Source of the DNA: a virus
DNA length: 64,000 bases
Strand: one strand, 5' to 3'
Virus record (IMG/VR): IMGVR_UViG_3300050034_000334
The translations under genes were made by a program, and so were the position numbers. Every line of letters begins with the position of its first letter. Positions within the stretch are counted from its first letter, which is position 1. Below, piece after piece: positions 35,908 through 45,400 of the stretch. Below the pieces are notes generated by a model. That model made no database searches and was not told the DNA's origin. It saw nothing but the letters and a program-made list of their open reading frames with translations.

Positions 35908-36328
35908 ATCAGTTCAGATCCAGCGAACCAGAAACTGATCTCGACTTGTGCGGATGAACTGCTGTCTGACCCATGGATGGCGTTCTCACGCACGACAGCA
36001 CCGCCGAATTGAATTGACGACGTAGAGTACCCTCTGCAGCCTTTGCCGGATCTGTAGCTCCCATCAGTTTCCGCAAATCGGCAATCGCATCTTCTTTCTC
36101 AAGCACCATGAGGAATAGCGGTCCCGATGCCATGAACTCTGACAGTGGCTCGAAGAAGGGTTTGCCAGCGTGCTCTCGATAGAAGTAGTCAGCCTGAGAT
36201 CGAGATATTGTAGTTTTCTTGATGGTGATGATGGAGAATCCAGCCTTTTCGATTGCGGCTAGGATTGCACCAGTGAAACCTCTTCGCACAGCATCAGGTT
36301 TGATAATGCTGAAAGTTCTCTCTATCAT
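35904..36328 (-). pseudogene. ndk: nucleoside diphosphate kinase, frameshifted by a 5-bp duplication
   Basis: [12 protein letters not shown]...FY.EH.GKPFF..L..FM.SGP...GAT.P..A..GTLR; catalytic ENAIHGSD lies in another frame after GAATTGAATT at 36006-36015. Confidence 0.9.
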
Positions 36329-36338
36329 TTGTGCTCTC

Positions 36339-36518
36339 CTAGGCTGGAGTCATCTCATTTGCCAACTCAGTCATAGTCTCGACTGAATCAGCCGTACCTG
36401 ACCACACCAGTCTCATCCATTTGTCGTTCTCACAAGATTCTTGATACTCAGCATCTGTGAGAACGACATAGAATGGATTGTACGAGCACGGTATATGAAC
36501 GATGTGGAACCGTTTCAT
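36339..36518 (-). CDS. hypothetical protein
   Basis: ATGA-coupled; GGAG RBS. Confidence 0.6.
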   Translation of the reverse strand: MKRFHIVHIPCSYNPFYVVLTDAEYQESCENDKWMRLVWSGTADSVETMTELANEMTPA

Positions 36519-37963
36519 ACAACAGACTCCAGGCAAATGGTCAAATCGTCAACTGTCTCGATAGTCACATTCGTAGTGACTTCCCTCTTCTTGTAGGGCT
36601 TCCGCTGCTTGGGAACAGTCGATCCCTTGAGGAAACAGTCCTTGAGCACCCGCATACGATTACGAGCACGATTGAACTCCTGCTCTGTCATGCTCATGTC
36701 TTCCATAGCCTCCCGATAGTTGCCGGCTTGGGCAATGGCTGCCATGACTTCCAACAGTTCAGGATCGGTCTTGTTCACGAAACAACGATACTCCTCCAAG
36801 AAGATCTTCACATCCTCGGAGACTGGCTTGAAGGGCTGAACGCAGTGGTGGTGGACATACTCATCGTCGACAACTTCGGAGTACTCCTCTGCCGGCATGC
36901 CCAGGACCAAGTTGCCCATTGTACAAATGGGATTCTTGGACTGCTTGCTGTAGATGGTGCTGTACCGATTGCTCAAGCAGTTCTTGACATAGTTGAAGAA
37001 ACGACGAGCAGAAGCTCCATACTGGAGGATCGGGTCAAAGATCTGTATGACATCCTCACAGCCTTCGGGATGCCAGCGGTGACTACCGGGCTGCCTGTAC
37101 TTGCTGCTCGGAGGAAGGTAACGAAGGTGCATGAGCAGGTCAGCTTCCCAGTCTTCAACATCCATGTCGACCGAGATCCTGTGAATCCGTTTCATGACCC
37201 AACGACGGGTGTATTCAGGGTATTTCATGTAGAACTCGCCAAAATCGCGAGGAACCACGAAACCGTCATCACCAACGAAGTGTCCATCCTCATCAGTAGT
37301 GAAGGAATCCCCAGAATAGGGCTTGGTTTCCTCTTCAACAGCGGCCTCAACCTCGAGATCCTCATCCTCTTCATCAGGAGGAGCAAGTGGAGTGACCACA
37401 ATCACAGTTGCCGCTGGTTCCAGTTTGTGGAGCAAACGTGTGAGCCACTCTCCCTCTTGAATAGAAGAGCAGGGGCCTCCTCTGGGTGGCCAGCTTTTCT
37501 CGCCTTCCAGCAGGAGAAGATCCTTGGTGAGTTCAGTAGAAGAGACAGGAATCCACTCGACATCGTAGAAATGAGAGTAGTTGTCATTCCCGTTGCCGGT
37601 ACTGTCATGCTTGTCTTTTTGGTACTTGTAGCCAGAGGTGATACGACCCAGGCCGTGTAGACCATACTGCACGTTGGGCACCACCACAATCATCCCAGGT
37701 TTCAGTGAGAGAAAGTTGGTGAAGTTGCGCTTGGCCTTGTTCTGATTCTTTAGAGCAGAGATGACCACCTGCTCGTTTTTGTCGTTGAGTACAGTTTCCT
37801 CTTGAATGTTCTGTTCGATGAGAGCGTGAACTTCGGCTAGTGACTTGCCCGTCAAATCGAATTCTGGCAGCCATCCTATGGCGGCATAACCACCATCAAG
37901 GAAACGCTTGAAGGCAACCTTCTGGTTGCTCCCGGAAGGGGCGATTGTTGCATAATGTGACAT
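36515..37963 (-). CDS. fusion of restriction-associated N-terminal domain (PUA-like) and sigma-factor-like domain
   Basis: GYAAIGW...FLSLKPGMIVVV...GLGRITSGYKY...YDVEW; acidic linker; DVEDWEADLLMHL..FDP..FFNYVKNCL.N; HTH YREAMEDMSMTEQEFNRAR. Confidence 0.6.
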   Translation of the reverse strand: MSHYATIAPSGSNQKVAFKRFLDGGYAAIGWLPEFDLTGKSLAEVHALIEQNIQEETVLNDKNEQVVISALKNQNKAKRNFTNFLSLKPGMIVVVPNVQYGLHGLGRITSGYKYQKDKHDSTGNGNDNYSHFYDVEWIPVSSTELTKDLLLLEGEKSWPPRGGPCSSIQEGEWLTRLLHKLEPAATVIVVTPLAPPDEEDEDLEVEAAVEEETKPYSGDSFTTDEDGHFVGDDGFVVPRDFGEFYMKYPEYTRRWVMKRIHRISVDMDVEDWEADLLMHLRYLPPSSKYRQPGSHRWHPEGCEDVIQIFDPILQYGASARRFFNYVKNCLSNRYSTIYSKQSKNPICTMGNLVLGMPAEEYSEVVDDEYVHHHCVQPFKPVSEDVKIFLEEYRCFVNKTDPELLEVMAAIAQAGNYREAMEDMSMTEQEFNRARNRMRVLKDCFLKGSTVPKQRKPYKKREVTTNVTIETVDDLTICLESVV

Positions 37964-38353
37964 GGCGTGTATCCGTTTCGTGAATTGTGGAGATAACGGA
38001 CACGTGTAGCGAGGGGACTGAGAGTCAGTCAGCACACTGAGAATGATTCAGCCGAGAGGCACACATGTAGTGATTGGTTTGTTTTGGACCTGTTATCAGT
38101 CAGGTTGCGCCAGAGCATACAGTTAGTACTCGGAAATCAGAAAACTGGGCAATACACGATTTGCCAAAGTTTACTGAAGAGATACCGGAGGAGAGTGCTC
38201 AAGAGGGAACATTAGGACTCTCTCATGGCCTGATGAATAGTGATTCATTTTGACCTACTTCTGTTTGATGAGAAACTATCATAGTTCTTATATGCGGGTT
38301 ACGCCGCAAATTTGAATGTTTATTTTCTATTTATAAGAACCATATCACCATGG

Positions 38354-40285
38354 TTATCCTCTGCGGTGATAAGGATTGACGACTGGTTTTACACCGTTCG
38401 TTCCGGACATATGGGAGATTTTCCTCATGCGTTCGAGCACCTGGAGATCACGCGAAGATACTGCCTCAATGTGTAGGATTGGCTTGGGTGGAATAGAGGC
38501 TTGTTTCTGCATAATCAGGCTCTGCCCAGTTGGGTCCAACCTCAGTCGTCCATCTGTATCCAAGTACTGCTGAGCTAACAAGGCAACGAGGGCTGCGGAG
38601 TCGCACATATCGTCGTGGGCACCCTTCTCTTCCGGGGCCTCAACTCGAATCTGGTACTTGTTGATCATCTCAGCTTCAACGTTCTTCAGTTCATTGAAGA
38701 ACTTGGGCACGTTGGGAAGCTGACATAGTCCCTGATCAATATAACCCTTCAGGGTGAAGTACATTTGAGAGTTGATCTGGGAGTTGAGGTGGACACCCTC
38801 CATGGTGGTGATTCCCAAAATGTGAAGCAACTGTACGAGAAGGCGACCACCATGCTGGTCAGTCTGGCCACGGAAGCAGGGTAGTACATTATGCATGTAG
38901 ACGAGCCAGGAGGCAATCTCCTCAAGGACAAGCTCTTTGTGATTGACATACCGATTCATACCATCCCCAGTGGGAACACCGGGGCCTTCAAACTTCTCAC
39001 CAACCATCATGCGATCGATGTAGTCGTACACCAGCATGATGCCCTTGGGAGTGACTTCGAGGTGTCCAATCGCCAGAGCCGTGGCGTCATTCTTCATACC
39101 CAGATCAAGTCCCCAGAAGTAGTTGTATCCCAGACATTCCGGAGAGAACTGGATGATGTTGTCTCTTTCGACCTTGCACTTCTCAATTGAGATTCCAGAG
39201 ACATACGTTTCAGACGATTCTAGGAACTGACCTCCATACTCTGCTTTCCATGTCAGAGGAGCGGTCTTCAGCTTGTTGTACAGGAACTCACTATCTGCGC
39301 GGGGGTTCATTTCAGCCGTTCCCACACGCATGGTGAAGATGCCTGATCCTACACCGCCTTCCATGGCGATGGTGTGAATGTCGTACATCTTGCCCATCTT
39401 CTTCCAAGGTGAAGAGATGGATAGAATCAGGGCCTCGCGCTTGCCATCATGCGTGAACTGCATGGTCGCGGGGTTGGCAGCTTCGTACACTTCTTCGGAG
39501 CTTGATCCCTTGTCACTGCGGAAGTGAGCGAACTCATCCAGAACCAAGACAAGTGACGATGGACCACGCACCGCTGTGGAGGTACAAGCCAGAGACATCA
39601 CGTTGACGGTTGGGGTGATCTGAGTCTTGTGCCGGTCAGCCTCGGTCACGAACCCCAAGGAGGTTGTGCTGCCTCCCTTGAGATATGGCTTGAAGAACGG
39701 AGTCTTGTTTACCTGTTCGCGGAGTTTCGCAAAGATGCGGCCTGCACCATCTTCATCCTGAGCGAGGAACGTGAAGTCGATGGGTGAACCCTCGTCCAGA
39801 TCGTAGTATTCCTGTGGGGAACGAACATGGAGCAGCTTGTAGAGTTCGAAAGCTCCAATGGCTGATACCAATTGGCTCTTTCCACCTCTGCGACCAGCAA
39901 AGACAGTAGACTCACGGAAACCATTGGGTGGGAGATCTCGCCAATCTCTTACATTGCAGCGTCCCTCATCATACACCCACTTGAGATAGTCCTCTTCAGC
40001 CGTTGGTCCGGTGAACTCATGAAGCAACTTGTCACGGAACTTGTCATAGATGGGAACTGATTTCCAGACTTTATTGGATTCGCAGATGGGCTTGTAATCG
40101 AAAGGGATGGCATAGATGCAGCGAACGATGACTCTCTGGACTGGATACAGAGACATGTTCAGACCAGAGGAAGACTCAATGAAATCCAGGGCATTCAGTA
40201 TGTCACCCTGATTCAGTTGCTGGTCGACCAGCTGTCCTAGGACTGAGTCCTGCGCTGCTTTACTGAAGCGATTTGTAACTGCCAT
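38354..40285 (-). CDS. terL: terminase large subunit
   Basis: LYPVQ Q-motif, Walker A GRRGGKS, Walker B LVLDEFAHF, ISSP, nuclease GLDLG and HDDMCDS. Confidence 0.95.
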   Translation of the reverse strand: MAVTNRFSKAAQDSVLGQLVDQQLNQGDILNALDFIESSSGLNMSLYPVQRVIVRCIYAIPFDYKPICESNKVWKSVPIYDKFRDKLLHEFTGPTAEEDYLKWVYDEGRCNVRDWRDLPPNGFRESTVFAGRRGGKSQLVSAIGAFELYKLLHVRSPQEYYDLDEGSPIDFTFLAQDEDGAGRIFAKLREQVNKTPFFKPYLKGGSTTSLGFVTEADRHKTQITPTVNVMSLACTSTAVRGPSSLVLVLDEFAHFRSDKGSSSEEVYEAANPATMQFTHDGKREALILSISSPWKKMGKMYDIHTIAMEGGVGSGIFTMRVGTAEMNPRADSEFLYNKLKTAPLTWKAEYGGQFLESSETYVSGISIEKCKVERDNIIQFSPECLGYNYFWGLDLGMKNDATALAIGHLEVTPKGIMLVYDYIDRMMVGEKFEGPGVPTGDGMNRYVNHKELVLEEIASWLVYMHNVLPCFRGQTDQHGGRLLVQLLHILGITTMEGVHLNSQINSQMYFTLKGYIDQGLCQLPNVPKFFNELKNVEAEMINKYQIRVEAPEEKGAHDDMCDSAALVALLAQQYLDTDGRLRLDPTGQSLIMQKQASIPPKPILHIEAVSSRDLQVLERMRKISHMSGTNGVKPVVNPYHRRG

Positions 40286-40323
40286 ACAGATGGGTTCTGT
40301 ATTTCATTTTCAATGGAAAATGA

Positions 40324-41508
40324 TCAGAATCCGTACTTCGATCCTGGAGGAAATGCCTGTTGCATGATCCAATCCCGTTCCGCCGGTGTCAAAGCATTGA
40401 ACTTCGCCAGCAGTTCCGGAGGGAGATTGCCATAGGAATCCATGTGATTGGCATCTTGCACGATTTCAGCTACATGTTCAGCAGACAAGGTGATCCTCTT
40501 GTTGTTGTACATGTTGAGAATGTCGGTACCAATCGCATCCCAAGTGAGCTCAGCCGCTCTCTCTATCTCCTTGATCTCCTGAGGAGTCATGTTCTTGGGC
40601 TGTACGGCAGTGGATTTCCGTGTCTCAGTGCGCTCTTCACGCAACCGCTCAAACTCTTCCTCGTCCTCATCTGTGATGTTATCGATGAACTCCTTGCGGA
40701 GTGCATCGGTCACCTTCTCATAGAGATCACGATTGTAGTATTCGTACTCAAGATGGAACTTGTCGCGGATGATATCAGTGATGTAATCCCAGGCGCTGTC
40801 GCGACCGCCTTCGGATAGAGCTTCTCCGTACTCGAGCTCACCTTCTCCATGAAGGTACTCAGAGATGCGAGTGATGTATCCAGCCGCCTCTTCCTCTAGC
40901 TCCTGTGCAGCCTGTGCTTCGTAGTCTTCTGGCTCTGGCTCGGGCTTCAGAGCTTCAACAAGATCTTCGAGGCCATTGCCTTCCTTCTTGGACTCCTCGA
41001 ACAGCCAGTTCCCATTTTCGGAGATGTAGAGAGTTTCCCCTGGTTCTCTGGGGACGGTCTTCTTCAGGTTGAAGGTCTTGCCATCTTCGTCTTCGTCGAA
41101 AAGACCTTCCCACTTGAATCCGTCTTGCTGGGCAGCCTCGCGCATTTCCTCGACATTCTCAGGAACTGAGACATCAGAGAAAGTGTTGGGTGTACCTTCA
41201 ACCAAGTCTGGATCGTCTTCGAAGTCGTCGGCTTTCTTTCCCACTGACCCTGTTTTGGAGGACACTGTGCTCTCAGCACCCGCCTTATCCGGATCTCCAT
41301 GCCAGTGACCATCACTGTGTTCGTAACAGCAGTAGTCTCCGTCATTCCGATTCGCGTAGAAATCTTCTCCACATCCTGCACAAGTCTTAACTTCTAGGTG
41401 GTCGTCCTGGCGCACGTTTAAGTCGTGCTGATCACGCAACTCTTGATAGAGTTTAGCTCGCTCTTGAGGAGTCCTCTCAAATCCAGTTTTGACTGATGGG
41501 ATCTTCAT
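40324..41508 (-). CDS. acidic modular hypothetical protein
   Basis: AGGAG RBS; KTG/KKA/KST.A linkers; CAGC..CC module. Confidence 0.75.
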   Translation of the reverse strand: MKIPSVKTGFERTPQERAKLYQELRDQHDLNVRQDDHLEVKTCAGCGEDFYANRNDGDYCCYEHSDGHWHGDPDKAGAESTVSSKTGSVGKKADDFEDDPDLVEGTPNTFSDVSVPENVEEMREAAQQDGFKWEGLFDEDEDGKTFNLKKTVPREPGETLYISENGNWLFEESKKEGNGLEDLVEALKPEPEPEDYEAQAAQELEEEAAGYITRISEYLHGEGELEYGEALSEGGRDSAWDYITDIIRDKFHLEYEYYNRDLYEKVTDALRKEFIDNITDEDEEEFERLREERTETRKSTAVQPKNMTPQEIKEIERAAELTWDAIGTDILNMYNNKRITLSAEHVAEIVQDANHMDSYGNLPPELLAKFNALTPAERDWIMQQAFPPGSKYGF

Positions 41509-41516
41509 GTACTCTC

Positions 41517-42416
41517 CTACCGGATTACAAAGTTGAATTGATATCCTGCATCAAGACATGCTTGACGTTTTGCTTTGTTTACGAGCCACCAATCATCACA
41601 TCCAAACAAAGTCCAGTTGGATTTCACTTCTATCAACCAGTTCAACCTGGGAAGGTAGAAGTCGGGATAGTAACAGCTCTGCCTGCCTGTAATGGGATTG
41701 GTATACCATATCTTAGGTACGTTACCCTTTCCAGAAAGCACCTCTTTCTCAGCAAAACCAGATTTCAGCAATTCCAATAATACTCTGAATTCATATCCTT
41801 GAAGGTAGCGAACCTCTCCTGAAGGGGTTGTGTACGGTTTGGCCTGTAACCTGGTTCTGAGACTTTTCTCATAGATTTCAGCATCCTGTGATGGGTTATC
41901 TACTCCATATCTTTCTCTACAAGAGGCTACTATCTTCCCTTTCACTATTTCTGATTGAAAAACAAATCGAGTACCATACTTTCTAAGACAAGTCTTCTGA
42001 ATTTTTTGTTCTACTTGAACACTTTGTCTGACATTGTCAACACCATACACCCTTTGGCAAGTATCATCACGCTTTTTCATCACTTCTTTTGAACACATTG
42101 GTGAATTACCACCATATCTATCCAAGCAAGTCCTACTCTTTTTAGCACGAACATCCGAGCTTGCTAGCGGATTAGTACCTCCAAATTTGTTGATAAAATA
42201 CTGGTTTCGTTTAGCAACTATTTCAGGCATTAATGACGGGTTTCTAGAACTCAAACAAGTCTTCAGTTTCCATCCGTTACAGCTGTTGTGTCTGGAACTG
42301 CAACACGGACGTCTCCCCTTTCCAAGAAAGAACTTGGCAGGTAGTGTACATCCATAGTTACAGATAAGGTTGATTTCTGGTGGTATAACTTCGACATGCG
42401 GCTTCCCAATGCTCAT
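41517..42416 (-). CDS. putative homing endonuclease with YG.xNP repeats and PD-(D/E)XK domain
   Basis: Repeated KT..CL.RYG.xN/S; YYPDFY.....WLIEVKS; AT-rich. Confidence 0.8.
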   Translation of the reverse strand: MSIGKPHVEVIPPEINLICNYGCTLPAKFFLGKGRRPCCSSRHNSCNGWKLKTCLSSRNPSLMPEIVAKRNQYFINKFGGTNPLASSDVRAKKSRTCLDRYGGNSPMCSKEVMKKRDDTCQRVYGVDNVRQSVQVEQKIQKTCLRKYGTRFVFQSEIVKGKIVASCRERYGVDNPSQDAEIYEKSLRTRLQAKPYTTPSGEVRYLQGYEFRVLLELLKSGFAEKEVLSGKGNVPKIWYTNPITGRQSCYYPDFYLPRLNWLIEVKSNWTLFGCDDWWLVNKAKRQACLDAGYQFNFVIR

Positions 42417-42461
42417 ACTTAGAGTCAGGAAGTCGCAATGTACGAAGTAATAGTCAGAGGA

Positions 42462-45400
42462 CTATTCCGCTTCTTTTGTTCCTGTAATGAACTCATACTC
42501 CATAGTAAGAGTGTCTTTGTTGATCTTATTGCAGCGGACGAAAACTTCGTAAATGTATCCATCTACAGGATCATTTCTCCAAACCGCACTTTGTGCCCAT
42601 GCCCCGTTGATGATGTCCTGAAGATCTGTGTCATTGAGATCCGCCAGCAGTGAACGAATCCTGGATCCGTTGCTAATACCAGGCCCAGCACTCATGCCAA
42701 CTGAGGATACCGGGGAAGTTGAAGACTCGACAAACTCCAGGCTGATTGATCCCTTGCCTGGAACCTTGTTCAGCACTGGGCGAGAGGTCACCTTGAAAGC
42801 TGAAACGAATGCTGCAGCGATCTCACCAACCAGCAACTTGATGAACTCGGAGAACTGCTCCTTGTCCTGAGTCTTGTTGGCTGTCTTCTTCAGTCTCATA
42901 GAAGCCAGTAGAGCAGAGGGAATACCATCGTCAAGTTGACCATGGTACTCGTCCATGAAGTCTATACCTCTTATACCTTGCTCATTGCGAAGCGGAAGGC
43001 TGTCATTCAGGATCTGAGGCTGGCCCTGGATTCCCACACCCACCGCGCTGGGAGCCGTGGAGACATACTTGCCCGCATCGCTGACATCAAAGTCGTTGAT
43101 CATCGGGTTGTTGGCCTCGTTCGGAGCAGGGTTCGGCATGGAGTCTACGATCTCTCCTTGAATTTCAGGGTAGAACTCCTGCAGAGCCTGACCAGGATAG
43201 AAGAAGCTGAATCCGGCTGTGATTGGACGTTCGGAATTGGTTACCCAATCCTCACGCTCGTCCTTGCGAACTGTCTCAGGGTTCTCGGTCTTTCCTTTGG
43301 GAGCACCTTCGACTACCACAGGGAGGTCTTCTTCAGCCGCCACAAGGACGAATGCAGAAGCCTTCTTGGAAGGATCCGTTTTAACGAAATCCTTGATGTT
43401 GAAAGAAGCACCACTGGGCTTGGACTGTTTGGGCTTAGGATCAATCGCGTTTCTCAGATCGTAAGGTTTGGAGTCAAGTGGATGCTTGGCTTCTTCGGCC
43501 TTCTTGGACTTGGCCGCCTTGGCGTGTTCCTCTTCCTCGCGCAAAGCCGGGCAGCCATCGTAGTGCTGTTGAATTCCCTGAACGCTGGTGCAATTGCAGT
43601 CAGGGCACTTCTTCTCAGGAGGAGCCTGCTCGTCACGAGCAGCATGATGACGTTGGCCTTCCTCGCGCTCAGACTTCAGCCGCTCGTCGAACTCAGGAGT
43701 GTGAGGCTCGTAACCCTCGGAGAAGTAGGGAGCCTCGCCGGCATTCTCTCCATAGACCGCTCCACAAGCGCAGGTGTAGACGTTCATGCCATCAGGAGCA
43801 CCCTTGTCCTCTTCCCACTCATGACCTTCGGGAAGAGTGGATGAACCTGGATCCGGGTATGCCTTCTTGGAGGAAGCCATCCTGCCTTCTTGTGAATGTT
43901 CGTTGTTCCACATATCCGCTTCGCTACGATCTTCAGCAGCTGCATCAACAGCCTCGAGGATTTCGTAGCTGTTGTATTCTTGAATGAGAGTTCTGATCAA
44001 CTCGTCCATGAGATCGCCGGTGCGAGCATCGAGGCCAAAATCATTCCATCCGCTTCCCACGACTTCATCTTCGCCATTGATGGCTCCAAGAGCCGTTTGG
44101 AAGATTAGATGAATCGTTTCGGCATCGAATCCATCGGCCTTCATCTCCTCAACAAGACTGTCGAGCTCGGTGAATTCCATGGCCGTCTTCACAATACCAG
44201 CGAACTTGTCCAACTTCTCGGTGGCAGGAATCTTGATTCCAGTGTGATCTTCTTCCTCACTGCTGGCGTCATTGATGGAGGTATCACCTTCGAGCCGCTT
44301 GGCTGTGTCCTGATCCTCCGGAGGATTAGACAGGGCCTTCTTGACACTTCCGCCCTTGTGAGTCACTTCGTTGTGGGGATCGTTGTCTTCATCCTCATCT
44401 TCGTCTTCGTAGATCCCCGACATGGACTCATCAGTCTGTTCTTCCGGCCACTCAATCTTCTCTTCACCGTAGTCCTTGCCATAGTTCGCGATGAAGTCAT
44501 CGACCCAGGAAGCATTGCCAAAGCTGATGCGCCACATCGCCAAGGTGCCAACATTGGGCTGGCTTTCCGGGGAGAAGATCAGGGCAAGATCAGTTCTACC
44601 CTCCTTGCCAGAGACGTTGCCATCAATGATGAATGCTTCCGAGAACACCGGGGCCTTGGCAATCCCTTCCTCTACCAGCATCTCTGCAATTCCGTTGACC
44701 CATGCCTGCTGAGGAGCTCCTGCTCCCATGATTACCAGACCAAGGTCCTTGTCGTGTGCCAGGAGTGCTGAGAATGGCTGATTGGATACCTGAGGCTCAC
44801 CAGCTGTCTTCTTTACAGAAGCAGACTTCTCTTTTTCATGATCCTCAACCTCAGCTTCGTGATCGTCTTCTTCCTTCTCGTGATCCTCAACCTCAGCTTC
44901 GTGATCTCCTTCTTCGTGAGCTTCCTCCTCAGCCTCGTGTTCGTGACTCTCTTCCTTGTGCTCTTCCTGCTCCTCAGCGAAGTAGTCCGCATTCCAATAG
45001 TCGTCTTCCTTGGGCTCAGCCTTCGGTTCGGACTTTGGCTCTTCAGATTTCGGTTCAGCAGCTGGTTCTGTTGACTCAGCCTTCGGTTCGGTAGATTCAG
45101 CCTTTGGCTCGGACTTCTTGGTTTCCTTGAGTTCTACCAGCGGGGCCGGTCCAAGGTCCTCAGTGATGGCATTCCAAATGCTGTCAAAGTCCATGTTGAC
45201 ATCAGCCGTCTTGGCATCCACCACACCAGCGGGACGGAGCTTGGCAAGGCGAGCTTCGCGATCAGCCGCCTTCTTGCTCGCCTTGCTTGAGAATCCTCTT
45301 GAATGAGTGGCCGCCGTCTTTCCGCAAATGCATTCAGAGGCTGGACGATCACAGGCATCACAGTAACCATCATCAGGAACGTCTTCTTCTGGTTTCTGAT

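Noticed and set aside
36473..37660. Long antisense ORFs (also 3183-4127, 7118-7978, 17095-17967, 42936-43844)
   Set aside because: Shadow frames of genuine genes on the opposite strand, with no RBS or recognisable motifs
38130..38353. Replication origin in the AT-rich intergenic gap
   Set aside because: No iterons or DnaA-box cluster visible; only modest AT enrichment
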